Shown: in pieces, positions 9,258-17,450 of the stretch
Numbering within the stretch: the stretch's first letter is position 1
Layout of the letters: the number at the start of each line of letters is the position of its first letter
From: Promethearchaeota archaeon
GTDB taxonomy: Archaea > Asgardarchaeota > Thorarchaeia > Thorarchaeales > Thorarchaeaceae
Reading direction: 5' to 3'
DNA: 32,569 nucleotides
Assembly: GCA_048939905.1 (NCBI GenBank)
Contig: JBHLPB010000003.1
Span: 1-32,569 of the forward strand
Notes under the pieces: model-generated
What the model was told of the DNA's origin: nothing
Databases searched by the model: none
What the model saw: the letters and a program-made list of their open reading frames with translations, nothing else
Translations under genes and position numbers: made by a program

Positions 9258-11039
9258 TTACGAAGGGTCTGCAAGTCTGAACTTGATGGTCACGTCAAGT
9301 CCCTGTTTCGGACGACCGGCTACTCTGTCTCCCACAGTCAGTTCTGCATCGTACTTCTCGGCGAGACGCCTTACTAGATGCAGACCAACGCCTCCGTATC
9401 TTCGCTCTGCATCAAGAATGGCCTTCTTCTTCGAGGCAGTGAGACCGGGCCCGTTGTCGGAGATACTCAGACTGAAGGTATCTCCTTTCTTCTTGCCTCT
9501 AATCCACAGACTGCGCTCCAGTTTAGAATTATGCTTCACACCGTTCTCAAGCAGGTTCCACAAGAGTTGAGAGAGCGCACTGTCAGCCATCACAATCATT
9601 CGTTCTGGCACCCCAACCATACTAGGAGTAACAGAGTACTGTTCGGATAAGTGTTTGACTTCCTTCCTGAGGATGGGGGAGAGATTCACTGGAGATACAC
9701 TCTCCTGCTTGGATGCCTCGGCTTTCCTCACCTTCGTGATGAGATCAAGGCATCTGTCGGCGCCGTCGAGTATGTACCGCTTGGCTCTCATGACCTCGTC
9801 TGAAGTGCAGTCGTCTTGGAGAAAGCCACCTCCTGCAATTATCAGTTGCATCTGGTTTCCGACATCATGCATCAGAAGATCAAGCAGAAAGCGCACCTCG
9901 TCCTCTGCCGACTTCAATTCAGTTACCTCAGTGAATATGGCAAAACTGCCAGTGTACTTTCCATCGGGATTGTGAATGGGTGCCGCGGACACCATTACCG
10001 GGATTAACTCTCCCGACTTGTGAATCAGCTTCGCCTCGTAGTGCTCCACCTCACCCTTTCTCCTGGCAGCCTTCCTTTCCAGCTGTTTCTCCTTCGTCAG
10101 CCCATGGAGTATCGAACTATTCTCGGTGCCGACTAGCTCTCCCTTCTCATATCCCAACATCTCGTTCAAGGCGGCATTGGTATAGATGATTCTGCCATCT
10201 TCGTCGTCTACACCCATTCCTGCAGTCATTGTTTCTACGAGTTGGCGGTAGTTCCGTTCGGACTCCTCGAGCATTTGCTGGTGTACTTTCTGATCAGTTA
10301 TGTCCATGAGCTGGGTAACTGACTTTACTCTACTATCACGTCCAGTCATCGTGCTTACGTGAACACGCACATCGCGGGGAGTGCCATCAGCTCGGCGAAT
10401 CTTGAACTCATACGTGGATGGGATCTTCTCGCCTCTCTGTCGCTTTTCATAGCGCTCAGCCACCATGTCCAGACTATCAGGATGAACATACTGACGGAAG
10501 TCGCTTCCTAGGAGTTCTGCACGCCGAACTCCCACGATATCGCAGAGCTTGTCGTTTACATATTCAAATCGGTACTTATCATCAATAATCATTATTCCAT
10601 TGAAGCTTGAGTATTCTACGATATACTCCAGTAGATCAATCCTCTCACGAATCTTCTCCTCTACGGCAACCCTCCGTGAGAGATCCACCAAGTAGGCCAC
10701 AAAGCCAGACAACTTCCCATCAGTCAGTATTCTGTCTGAATACACTTGAGTTGGGACGTGCACACCGTCCTTTCTGACTACTCTGAGACTCAGAGAGGTG
10801 GGCTTTGCGCCATCCTGGAGTGCATTCAAACCTCGATGAACCAGTTCTATCTGCTCATTGGCCACCAAGGTGTCAAGATGTACTCCCCTTCTGATGTCGG
10901 TTTCATCCATTCCAAAGAGTTCTAGTGCACTGGCATTGGCATACTCTAGATAAAAGTCAAGATTGAAATCCAAGACGGGGATTAACATGGAGTCCGCGAT
11001 TTCTCTGAAACGCTTCCTATCTTTCCCCATGTCAATCAC
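9258..11039 (-). CDS. Soluble multi-PAS sensor histidine kinase
   Basis: Three PAS/PAC-like repeats (YANASALELFG, YVNDKLCDIVG, YTNAALNEMLGY); H-box LLMHDVGNQ, N-box NLLENGVKHN, G1 DNGPG, G2 GGVGL; no TM segment. Confidence 0.92.
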   Translation of the reverse strand: MIDMGKDRKRFREIADSMLIPVLDFNLDFYLEYANASALELFGMDETDIRRGVHLDTLVANEQIELVHRGLNALQDGAKPTSLSLRVVRKDGVHVPTQVYSDRILTDGKLSGFVAYLVDLSRRVAVEEKIRERIDLLEYIVEYSSFNGIMIIDDKYRFEYVNDKLCDIVGVRRAELLGSDFRQYVHPDSLDMVAERYEKRQRGEKIPSTYEFKIRRADGTPRDVRVHVSTMTGRDSRVKSVTQLMDITDQKVHQQMLEESERNYRQLVETMTAGMGVDDEDGRIIYTNAALNEMLGYEKGELVGTENSSILHGLTKEKQLERKAARRKGEVEHYEAKLIHKSGELIPVMVSAAPIHNPDGKYTGSFAIFTEVTELKSAEDEVRFLLDLLMHDVGNQMQLIIAGGGFLQDDCTSDEVMRAKRYILDGADRCLDLITKVRKAEASKQESVSPVNLSPILRKEVKHLSEQYSVTPSMVGVPERMIVMADSALSQLLWNLLENGVKHNSKLERSLWIRGKKKGDTFSLSISDNGPGLTASKKKAILDAERRYGGVGLHLVRRLAEKYDAELTVGDRVAGRPKQGLDVTIKFRLADPS

Positions 11040-11158
11040 ATTTCCCGAGAAGTGACAACAGAGTCAATTACGTGATTCCTAATAGTTCCTAATAAGTGTT
11101 CATAATCCTTATGTCTTATCCGAGGTTGTGTTCTTGTGCCCATAGGTCCGGGTCATCA

Positions 11159-11312
11159 GTAATGCGAGGCTATGATGCTATTATACCTGAGCATTACCAA
11201 ATTCCTTCGTAGTTTCCTTGAGCACGAAGCAGTCCGATTGCGCCCTTAGTCAATGGCAACAACTTAAAGGGCCGAACTGAAACACGGTGAAGGGCCACGA
11301 ACTAGGAAGGAG
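11159..11312 (+). promoter_or_regulatory. Candidate structured 5' leader of the first AOR operon
   Basis: Inverted repeats: GTAATGC(11159-65)/GCATTAC(11191-97); 11202-11215 pairing with 11299-11312; GCCCTT(11242-47) able to pair with AAGGGC at 11267-72 or 11290-95. Confidence 0.35.
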
Positions 11313-11324
11313 AATCCGAGAGGT

Positions 11325-11816
11325 TTGAAGAGCATTCTATCTATCGAAGCAAACGCTTGCACGGGTTGTCGGAACTGCGAGATTGCATGTTCGATAGTTC
11401 ACACAAAGTCATTCAATCCTGCTAGGTCACTGATACGGATACTGAAAGACGAAACCCACGCGCTGATAGTACCCATGGTCTGCCTACAATGCGAGGCCCC
11501 GCTCTGCAAGGCTGCCTGCCCAACAGACGCCATCATTGAGAACAAGAATGGGATTCTCTACGTGGAGAAGGATGAATGTATAGGCTGCATGAACTGTGTC
11601 ACAGCCTGCATCTATGGTGGGATTGAGATAGACCCTCTGACCAAGAGAGCCGGTAAGTGTGATCTCTGTCAGGGCGATCCTGCATGCGTGAAAGCATGCG
11701 ACTACGGAGCAATCAAGTTCATCGGAGCAACAACTGAAGGACTTGTGCAGCGGAAACAGGGAATCCAAGTGCTCACACAGGTCTACGACCATGAATCACA
11801 GGAGGCACAGCAATGA
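11325..11816 (+). CDS. 4Fe-4S dicluster (DmsB/HydN-like) electron-transfer subunit of AOR 1
   Basis: TTG start; four Cys groups CTGCRNCEIAC, CLQCEAPLCKAACP, CIGCMNCVTAC, KCDLC...C...C; ATGA overlap with the AOR gene. Confidence 0.92.
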   Translation: MKSILSIEANACTGCRNCEIACSIVHTKSFNPARSLIRILKDETHALIVPMVCLQCEAPLCKAACPTDAIIENKNGILYVEKDECIGCMNCVTACIYGGIEIDPLTKRAGKCDLCQGDPACVKACDYGAIKFIGATTEGLVQRKQGIQVLTQVYDHESQEAQQ

Positions 11817-13747
11817 CGTTTCCATACAAAGGTTATGCAGGCCACTACGCAGACATCGACCTCACGAAGGGGAAGGTCCACAAATGTGAGATGGAAAAGG
11901 AATGGGCGAGGCTCTACCTTGGCGGAACGGGAGTTGCGGCCAAGATTCTATGGGAGAGTACAGGACCAGATACCGACCCTCTGTCTCCTGACAATGTCCT
12001 GGTTCTCGGTACGGGGCCTCTAACTGGAGTGATGTTCTCACCCTCTGGCAGGATGATGTTTGCTGCAAAGGGACCACTCACCGGAGTCTGGGCAGAGTCT
12101 CATGCAGGTGGGTTCTTCGGCCCTGAAGTCAAGTATGCTGGTTTCGACTTCGTCATACTCCGTGGAAGAGCCCCTAAACCAGTCTATCTGCTGCTGCGGG
12201 ATGGAGAAGCTGAGCTTTTGGACGCATCCGATCTATGGGGTCGCGAAACCAACGTTGTCACCGACATGATGCGAGAGGAGCACAAGGACCCAGACCTGAA
12301 GACTGCAATCATCGGTCCGGCTGCAGAGAATGGCGTGCTCTATTCTTGCATAACGGTTGACATCTATCGTGCAGCTGGACGTGCTGGTCTGGGGACCGTT
12401 ATGGGCTCCAAGAACGTGAAGGGCATAGCAGCAACGGGGGCTTTGGGTCTTGAGGCACATGATATGGACAAGTACCTAGAGGCCAACGACAGGGAGATGG
12501 AGAAACTCAACGATCCCCTCTGGACTGACTCTCTGGGATCGCTGCGGAATTATGGCACGACTGATCTTGTTGCCGTAATCAACGAGATCGGCAGATTGCC
12601 GACAAAGAACCACTGGACTGGTTTCTATGATGATGCTGATGACATTGGCCCAGAAACCATTGCCGAAAAATACAGAGTTGGACAAGAGGCCTGTCACGGC
12701 TGTGCCATCGGTTGTAAGTACATATATCGTGTGAAAGAAGGAAAATTCGCATATGGCCCTGCTGGGGGCCCGGAATACGAGTCTTTGATGGCATTTGGAT
12801 CGAATTGTCTGAACAATGATATCGAGTCAATATTCCACATGGGCACTAGGTGTGACCAACTTGGAATGGATACAATATCTTGCGGAAAGTCCATTGGATT
12901 CGCCATGGAACTCTGGGAGAAAGGCATCATAACTGAGAAAGACACGGACGGTCTGGACCTCTCATGGGGCAATGTCGACTCGATGGTCGAGCTTGTAGAA
13001 CAGATAGCGAAGAGAGAGGGCTTCGGAGACGTGCTTTCAAAGGGAGTCAGGAAGGCTGCGGAGATTATTGGAGGCGATGCCTGGAAATATGCAGTGCACG
13101 TAAAGGGCCTCGAAGCGTCTGGCCAAGACCCAAGAGCTCACCAATCGATAGGTCTCACGTACGCTACCAATGTCCGAGGTGCTGACCATCTAAGAAGTCT
13201 ATCGAGCCTTGAGGAACTAGGATACCCAGACATCGTCGAGAGGAGGTTCGGCAAGGAGAAGACCGAAGCCATCCTTGACATAATGTCACCCAAACACAAG
13301 GGAGAGGTTGTCAAGGACATCGAAGACCTATATGCGCTTGTGGATAGCGCAGTGATCTGCAAATATGGAACGATGTGGCCTCCTGTATTCTACTTTGATA
13401 CCTTTGAGAATGTCATAGCACCGCTCACAGGCATGCAGGAATGGTCCAATCTCAAGTTTGTCAAACAGGCCGCAGAACGCATCTCCCACCTACGGAGAGC
13501 CTATAACCACAGACTTGGAGTAACTCGAAAGGAGGAGAACCTTCCAATCAGGCTCAAGGAGGAGCCTATGCCGACTGGGCCTTCAAAGGGAGGACTACCA
13601 GATATAGATGAGATGCTTGATGAATACTATGACTTCCGGGGTTGTGATCGGGAAACAGGATTCCCCAAGAAGTCGAAACTCATGGAATTAGAGTTGGAAT
13701 ATGTCGCGAAAGATCTAGGCAAGCGAAAAATGTTGGCGAAGGAGTAA
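11813..13747 (+). CDS. Tungsten-containing aldehyde:ferredoxin oxidoreductase family protein (AOR 1)
   Basis: 644 aa; KGPLTG...ESHAGG, GRAGLGTVMGSKN, GRLPTKN, CHGCAIGC, GPEYE, DQLGMDTIS, HVKGLE, RGADHL, VDSAVICKY, LDEYY-x-x-RG motifs. Confidence 0.95.
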   Translation: MTFPYKGYAGHYADIDLTKGKVHKCEMEKEWARLYLGGTGVAAKILWESTGPDTDPLSPDNVLVLGTGPLTGVMFSPSGRMMFAAKGPLTGVWAESHAGGFFGPEVKYAGFDFVILRGRAPKPVYLLLRDGEAELLDASDLWGRETNVVTDMMREEHKDPDLKTAIIGPAAENGVLYSCITVDIYRAAGRAGLGTVMGSKNVKGIAATGALGLEAHDMDKYLEANDREMEKLNDPLWTDSLGSLRNYGTTDLVAVINEIGRLPTKNHWTGFYDDADDIGPETIAEKYRVGQEACHGCAIGCKYIYRVKEGKFAYGPAGGPEYESLMAFGSNCLNNDIESIFHMGTRCDQLGMDTISCGKSIGFAMELWEKGIITEKDTDGLDLSWGNVDSMVELVEQIAKREGFGDVLSKGVRKAAEIIGGDAWKYAVHVKGLEASGQDPRAHQSIGLTYATNVRGADHLRSLSSLEELGYPDIVERRFGKEKTEAILDIMSPKHKGEVVKDIEDLYALVDSAVICKYGTMWPPVFYFDTFENVIAPLTGMQEWSNLKFVKQAAERISHLRRAYNHRLGVTRKEENLPIRLKEEPMPTGPSKGGLPDIDEMLDEYYDFRGCDRETGFPKKSKLMELELEYVAKDLGKRKMLAKE

Positions 13748-13752
13748 TCTGG

Positions 13753-14847
13753 ATGGCAGATCTTCGGGTTGAGATAGCGGGGCTGAAGTTCCGAAACCCT
13801 GTCTTCACCGCTGCAGGACCCACCTCTAGAGACGGCATGACTCTGCTCAACGCGGCGGCAGGTGGAGCAGGAGGACTAGTAGCGAAGACTGTCAGCGTCA
13901 AGCCCGCAGAGGTTCCAAGGCCCAACATGGCAGCCATTGGTCGTGGGAGGATTGTTTCGAGGCGGGGGATTCTCAACGCAGAGCTCTGGAGTGAGTTGCC
14001 GTTCGAGAGATGGTATGAGAAAGAATATGAGATTGCACTCGGGGCAGGTCTTCCCGTGCTAGCCAGTGTGGGCTATACTCCAGAAGAAGTGGCATCACTT
14101 GCACCGAAGATAGAGGAGAAGGGTGTACATGGCATCGAGTTTAGTACACATTACGTCGGTGGCCATACAGAGATAGCCAAGGCACTCAGAGAATCAGTAG
14201 ACATCCCAGTCTTCGCGAAACTGAGCCCAAGAGTCGATGTGACGGAAGTGGCAAAGTCGCTGGACAGATTAGTCGACGGGATTGTTGCTATCAATACATA
14301 CGGACCCTGCTTGAGAATAGACATTGGAACTGGCAGACCAATGCTAGGAAGTGAGCTGGGGCAAGGATGGATGAGTGGTTCAGCACTGAAACCCATAGCC
14401 TTGAGGTGCGTTGCAGATATTGCGAGGTCTACAAAGAAACCTATCATTGGTGTCGGCGGAGTCATGAAGGGAGAGGACGCAATTGAGTTCTTCATGGCAG
14501 GCGCCTCAGCAGTTGAGGTTTGCACTGCTGCAATCCTTGAAGGTGACACAGTCTACGGACGCATTGTATCTGAGATTCAGGAATGGCTTGACGAACATGG
14601 CCACAGTTCAGTCGAAGATGTCAGGGGCATGGCACTTCCGCATCTTAAGAGAGGCATTGTTTTAGAGCCCCCACCTAAGGTTGATCGAGAGCGATGTACG
14701 CTTTGTGGACTCTGTAGGAAATCATGCGTTTACCATGCAATCTCAATAGACAAGGCCAAGGGTACTTTCGAGATAAGCAAAGAAGCATGCGAGGCATGCG
14801 GTATGTGCATCTCAGTCTGTCCACATGATGCGCTTAGCGTCGACTAG
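13753..14847 (+). CDS. Dihydroorotate/dihydropyrimidine dehydrogenase (PreA-like) FMN protein with C-terminal 2x[4Fe-4S] domain; atypical active-site loop
   Basis: NPVFTAAGP, VAKT, LNAELWS, PVFAKLSP, AINT, SGSALKPIAL, IIGVGG, AGASAVEVCT; C-terminal CTLCGLC...C and CEACGMC...CP; IEFSTHY in place of ELN-x-SCP. Confidence 0.85.
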   Translation: MADLRVEIAGLKFRNPVFTAAGPTSRDGMTLLNAAAGGAGGLVAKTVSVKPAEVPRPNMAAIGRGRIVSRRGILNAELWSELPFERWYEKEYEIALGAGLPVLASVGYTPEEVASLAPKIEEKGVHGIEFSTHYVGGHTEIAKALRESVDIPVFAKLSPRVDVTEVAKSLDRLVDGIVAINTYGPCLRIDIGTGRPMLGSELGQGWMSGSALKPIALRCVADIARSTKKPIIGVGGVMKGEDAIEFFMAGASAVEVCTAAILEGDTVYGRIVSEIQEWLDEHGHSSVEDVRGMALPHLKRGIVLEPPPKVDRERCTLCGLCRKSCVYHAISIDKAKGTFEISKEACEACGMCISVCPHDALSVD

Positions 14848-14863
14848 AACTAGTCCGGTGTGA

Positions 14864-16057
14864 CTAGAGATAGAGCAATTCATCAAGTCCTGTTGTGAGT
14901 AGCTTCGCCTTGCCCTTGGTCACCGTGTAGTCATTCTCAATCCGCACTCCGCCAATCTCCTTGAGGTATACTCCAGGCTCTATCGCCATAACGTTCCCAA
15001 TCCGGAAATAGTCCTCTCGTTGATGCATGCTGGGGTCCTCGTGTACAGCAAGACCAATACCATGACCCAAACCATGCGTCATGCCTTCAGTGGCCGCAGG
15101 GTTCAAGCGACGAGAGTCGTAACCGGCCGCCTTCAGGGTTTCAGCACAGGCGAGATTGACATCGTCAATCTTGGCTCCATCCGTGAGTGCATCAACTGAG
15201 GAATCGGCCGCTGCCTTGACGGACTCAAACATATGGCGAATATTCTCACTCACTGAACCTTTGATGAATGTTCGCGTGACATCTGCAACATAGCGTTCCA
15301 TCTTCAGCCTAGGAAACACGTCTAATATTATGGGAACCTCAGCTTTGAGCTCATCCTCTGGAGCACCAAGGTAATGCCAGTCAAAGCCCTTGTCACCCAC
15401 AGCCAAGATTGTGTCCTCGGCAGAATGAGCACCCTGATCCAGCAAGGAATGCTCGAGTGTCAGCTTGACATCCTTGACGGTCAACGGCTTGTTCTCATAC
15501 ATCAATGTCTTCTTTGGACCGACTTCTGAGTCCTTAACCATCTCCAGTACTTTCGATATGGCACCAGTCGTTGCGTCCCCAGCCTTCTTAATCGCCTCAA
15601 TCTCGCTCTCAGACTTGGTTGCCCGAGCATCCATCATGATATCAGAGACGACCTTGACATCATAGCCGAGCTTGAGAACTGTTTCATACACCTTTGAAGG
15701 TGTGTCCTCTGGAACTCCAATCGTCTTTCCTGTAAACACACTGCGCAGAATGTCGTCAAAGATCACGTCGAGGTTTTCTGCAACTCGTTTGTTTTCTTTC
15801 ATCAGTTTGAGATATACACCGCTGATGTCATGAGTAGTATTGATTCGACTCTCTTTCTGCACACGACTAAGTGTGTGGAAACCAGCTGCAACAATCGGTC
15901 TGTCGTTTATGTTCTGGATGAAGACAATCTCATCACTGGATCTGAACCCAGTAAGCCAGAAGAGGTCATTCATCTGGAAAGTACTTCCAGCAGTGAAAAG
16001 TGCGTCAATCCCATACTCCTCCATGAGAGCGTCTAGGTCGTCAAGCACATGCAGCAC
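14864..16057 (-). CDS. M24 metallopeptidase (Xaa-Pro aminopeptidase/prolidase family)
   Basis: R-x-x-KS-x-x-EI, ILDVFP, YVADVTRT, HGLGHGIGLAVHEDP, IEPGVY, GGVRIEND. Confidence 0.93.
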   Translation of the reverse strand: MLHVLDDLDALMEEYGIDALFTAGSTFQMNDLFWLTGFRSSDEIVFIQNINDRPIVAAGFHTLSRVQKESRINTTHDISGVYLKLMKENKRVAENLDVIFDDILRSVFTGKTIGVPEDTPSKVYETVLKLGYDVKVVSDIMMDARATKSESEIEAIKKAGDATTGAISKVLEMVKDSEVGPKKTLMYENKPLTVKDVKLTLEHSLLDQGAHSAEDTILAVGDKGFDWHYLGAPEDELKAEVPIILDVFPRLKMERYVADVTRTFIKGSVSENIRHMFESVKAAADSSVDALTDGAKIDDVNLACAETLKAAGYDSRRLNPAATEGMTHGLGHGIGLAVHEDPSMHQREDYFRIGNVMAIEPGVYLKEIGGVRIENDYTVTKGKAKLLTTGLDELLYL

Positions 16058-16096
16058 CGAGCTGGTGGAATCAAGTGCATATGAAAAAGCCTTCCC

Positions 16097-16990
16097 TCAG
16101 GCCTGCGAATATGGCCTCATTCTTCGCAACACCTGTTCCTTGCTGGGAAGATTATATGGACCAACGGTTTCAACGTTGAAGGACGAGCATGTGGCTCCGA
16201 ACAAACCCGCACGCTTCACATCACCGGTTCGCATATACTCAAGAAGGAATCCAATCGTATAGCTGTCACCACATCCGGTCGAGTCCACCTGAGCATTTGC
16301 AAGGACAAGAGGAATATCCACCTGGATATTTCGAGTATATATCGTAGAGCCTCGCTTGTCACGTGTGACGACTACCATTCTTGGCCCCAGAGCAAGCAGC
16401 TCTGTTGCCGCAGAGAGCTCGGACTTTGCGTCAACTGCAAGCTGGAGTTCGGTGTCGTCGAGCTTCACCACATCGGTCAGGCTGATAACGTCATCACGAT
16501 CTGGCCATTCTCTCTCGACGACCTCTTCGCCCTCTACACTCCTCAGATATCCCTGTGCGTCCAGAGAAATCAAACCTCCGCTCGATCTTGCAGTTTCAAT
16601 CATGGAGAGCGGCATCTCCTCTGCGGTCAGTGGGCAGAAGTGGTATATGCTAGCCCCAAGGTGCTTCTGTTGCATGTCATCAGGTTTCAGGGGAGGAGCC
16701 CTTGCCTGAAGCCGTTGTTTGCGCGCGCCCTTCTCGTCGTACTCATTCACAAAACGTGTGGATTTGCGACCTCTATAATGCAGGCCATCAATATCTAGAC
16801 CAGATTCCTGAAGAGTCTGTACATAATCCTCTTCAAAGTCAGTGCCTACGCAGGTTATGATTCCAGCCCCGAATGCTTCAAGGTTCATCGCCAGCATTGC
16901 GTAGGCCGTACCACCTCCAAGAACCTCTCTTGTTGTTTCTGGTGTGATGATGAGATCCCTGCTCAGGTGACCAACAACCACAATCTCCAT
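16097..16990 (-). CDS. PfkB/ribokinase-family carbohydrate or nucleoside kinase
   Basis: VVVGHLSRD, GGGTAY, VGTDF, LDAQGY, VVTRDKRGS, DSTGCGDSY. Confidence 0.92.
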   Translation of the reverse strand: MEIVVVGHLSRDLIITPETTREVLGGGTAYAMLAMNLEAFGAGIITCVGTDFEEDYVQTLQESGLDIDGLHYRGRKSTRFVNEYDEKGARKQRLQARAPPLKPDDMQQKHLGASIYHFCPLTAEEMPLSMIETARSSGGLISLDAQGYLRSVEGEEVVEREWPDRDDVISLTDVVKLDDTELQLAVDAKSELSAATELLALGPRMVVVTRDKRGSTIYTRNIQVDIPLVLANAQVDSTGCGDSYTIGFLLEYMRTGDVKRAGLFGATCSSFNVETVGPYNLPSKEQVLRRMRPYSQA

Positions 16991-17083
16991 TCCCGAATCC
17001 TCCAGCAGTAGGCTCTTGCTACACCGACTAGATGCGTGTCCTTCAGCAATGTCACCTATAATTCCTCTGAATCCTCCTACCTT

Positions 17084-17106
17084 GTTACACTTCGTAACGG
17101 TTAAAA
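17084..17106 (+). promoter_or_regulatory. Palindrome GTTAC-N5-GTAAC plus TATA-like TTAAAA upstream of the second AOR operon
   Basis: GTTACACTTCGTAAC at 17084-17098 and TTAAAA at 17101-17106, about 28 nt before TTG 17134. Confidence 0.45.
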
Positions 17107-17133
17107 TCCCTAGTCACACGTTCGTAGGTTGAG

Positions 17134-17424
17134 TTGACGACTTTGGCAACAGTCACTGTAAAGTTCTTCGCAACAGTTCGCGAGGCAGTAGGTAGGAGAA
17201 GTGCTGAGATAGAGGCTGCGAACATAAGAGAACTGCTGGAGCTTCTCAAACAGAAATACGGGAAACGCTTCACCGATACAGTGATTGATGATAAAACTGG
17301 TGAGCTGAAGAGGTTCTACCAGTGCATGGTCAATGGAAAGCGCATTGAGCTTCTGGACGGATACGAAACAGAACTGAATGATTATGACTCCGTGGCGCTT
17401 TTCCCTCCCGTTGGAGGAGGCTAG
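17134..17424 (+). CDS. MoaD/ThiS-family sulfur carrier, ubiquitin-like small archaeal modifier (SAMP1-like)
   Basis: VKFFATVRE, VNG...LDGYETEL, C-terminal ALFPPVGGG; TTG start at 17134 or 17143. Confidence 0.92.
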   Translation: MTTLATVTVKFFATVREAVGRRSAEIEAANIRELLELLKQKYGKRFTDTVIDDKTGELKRFYQCMVNGKRIELLDGYETELNDYDSVALFPPVGGG

Positions 17425-17450
17425 GACCCCAAATCAGTCCTAAGAGAGGT

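Noticed and set aside
11231-11312. Direct identification as a Moco/Wco riboswitch
   Set aside because: AGGG...GAAAC and GGAAGGAG fragments are reminiscent, but the CCUCCC strand I recall from the motif is missing; kept only as an unassigned structured-leader candidate.
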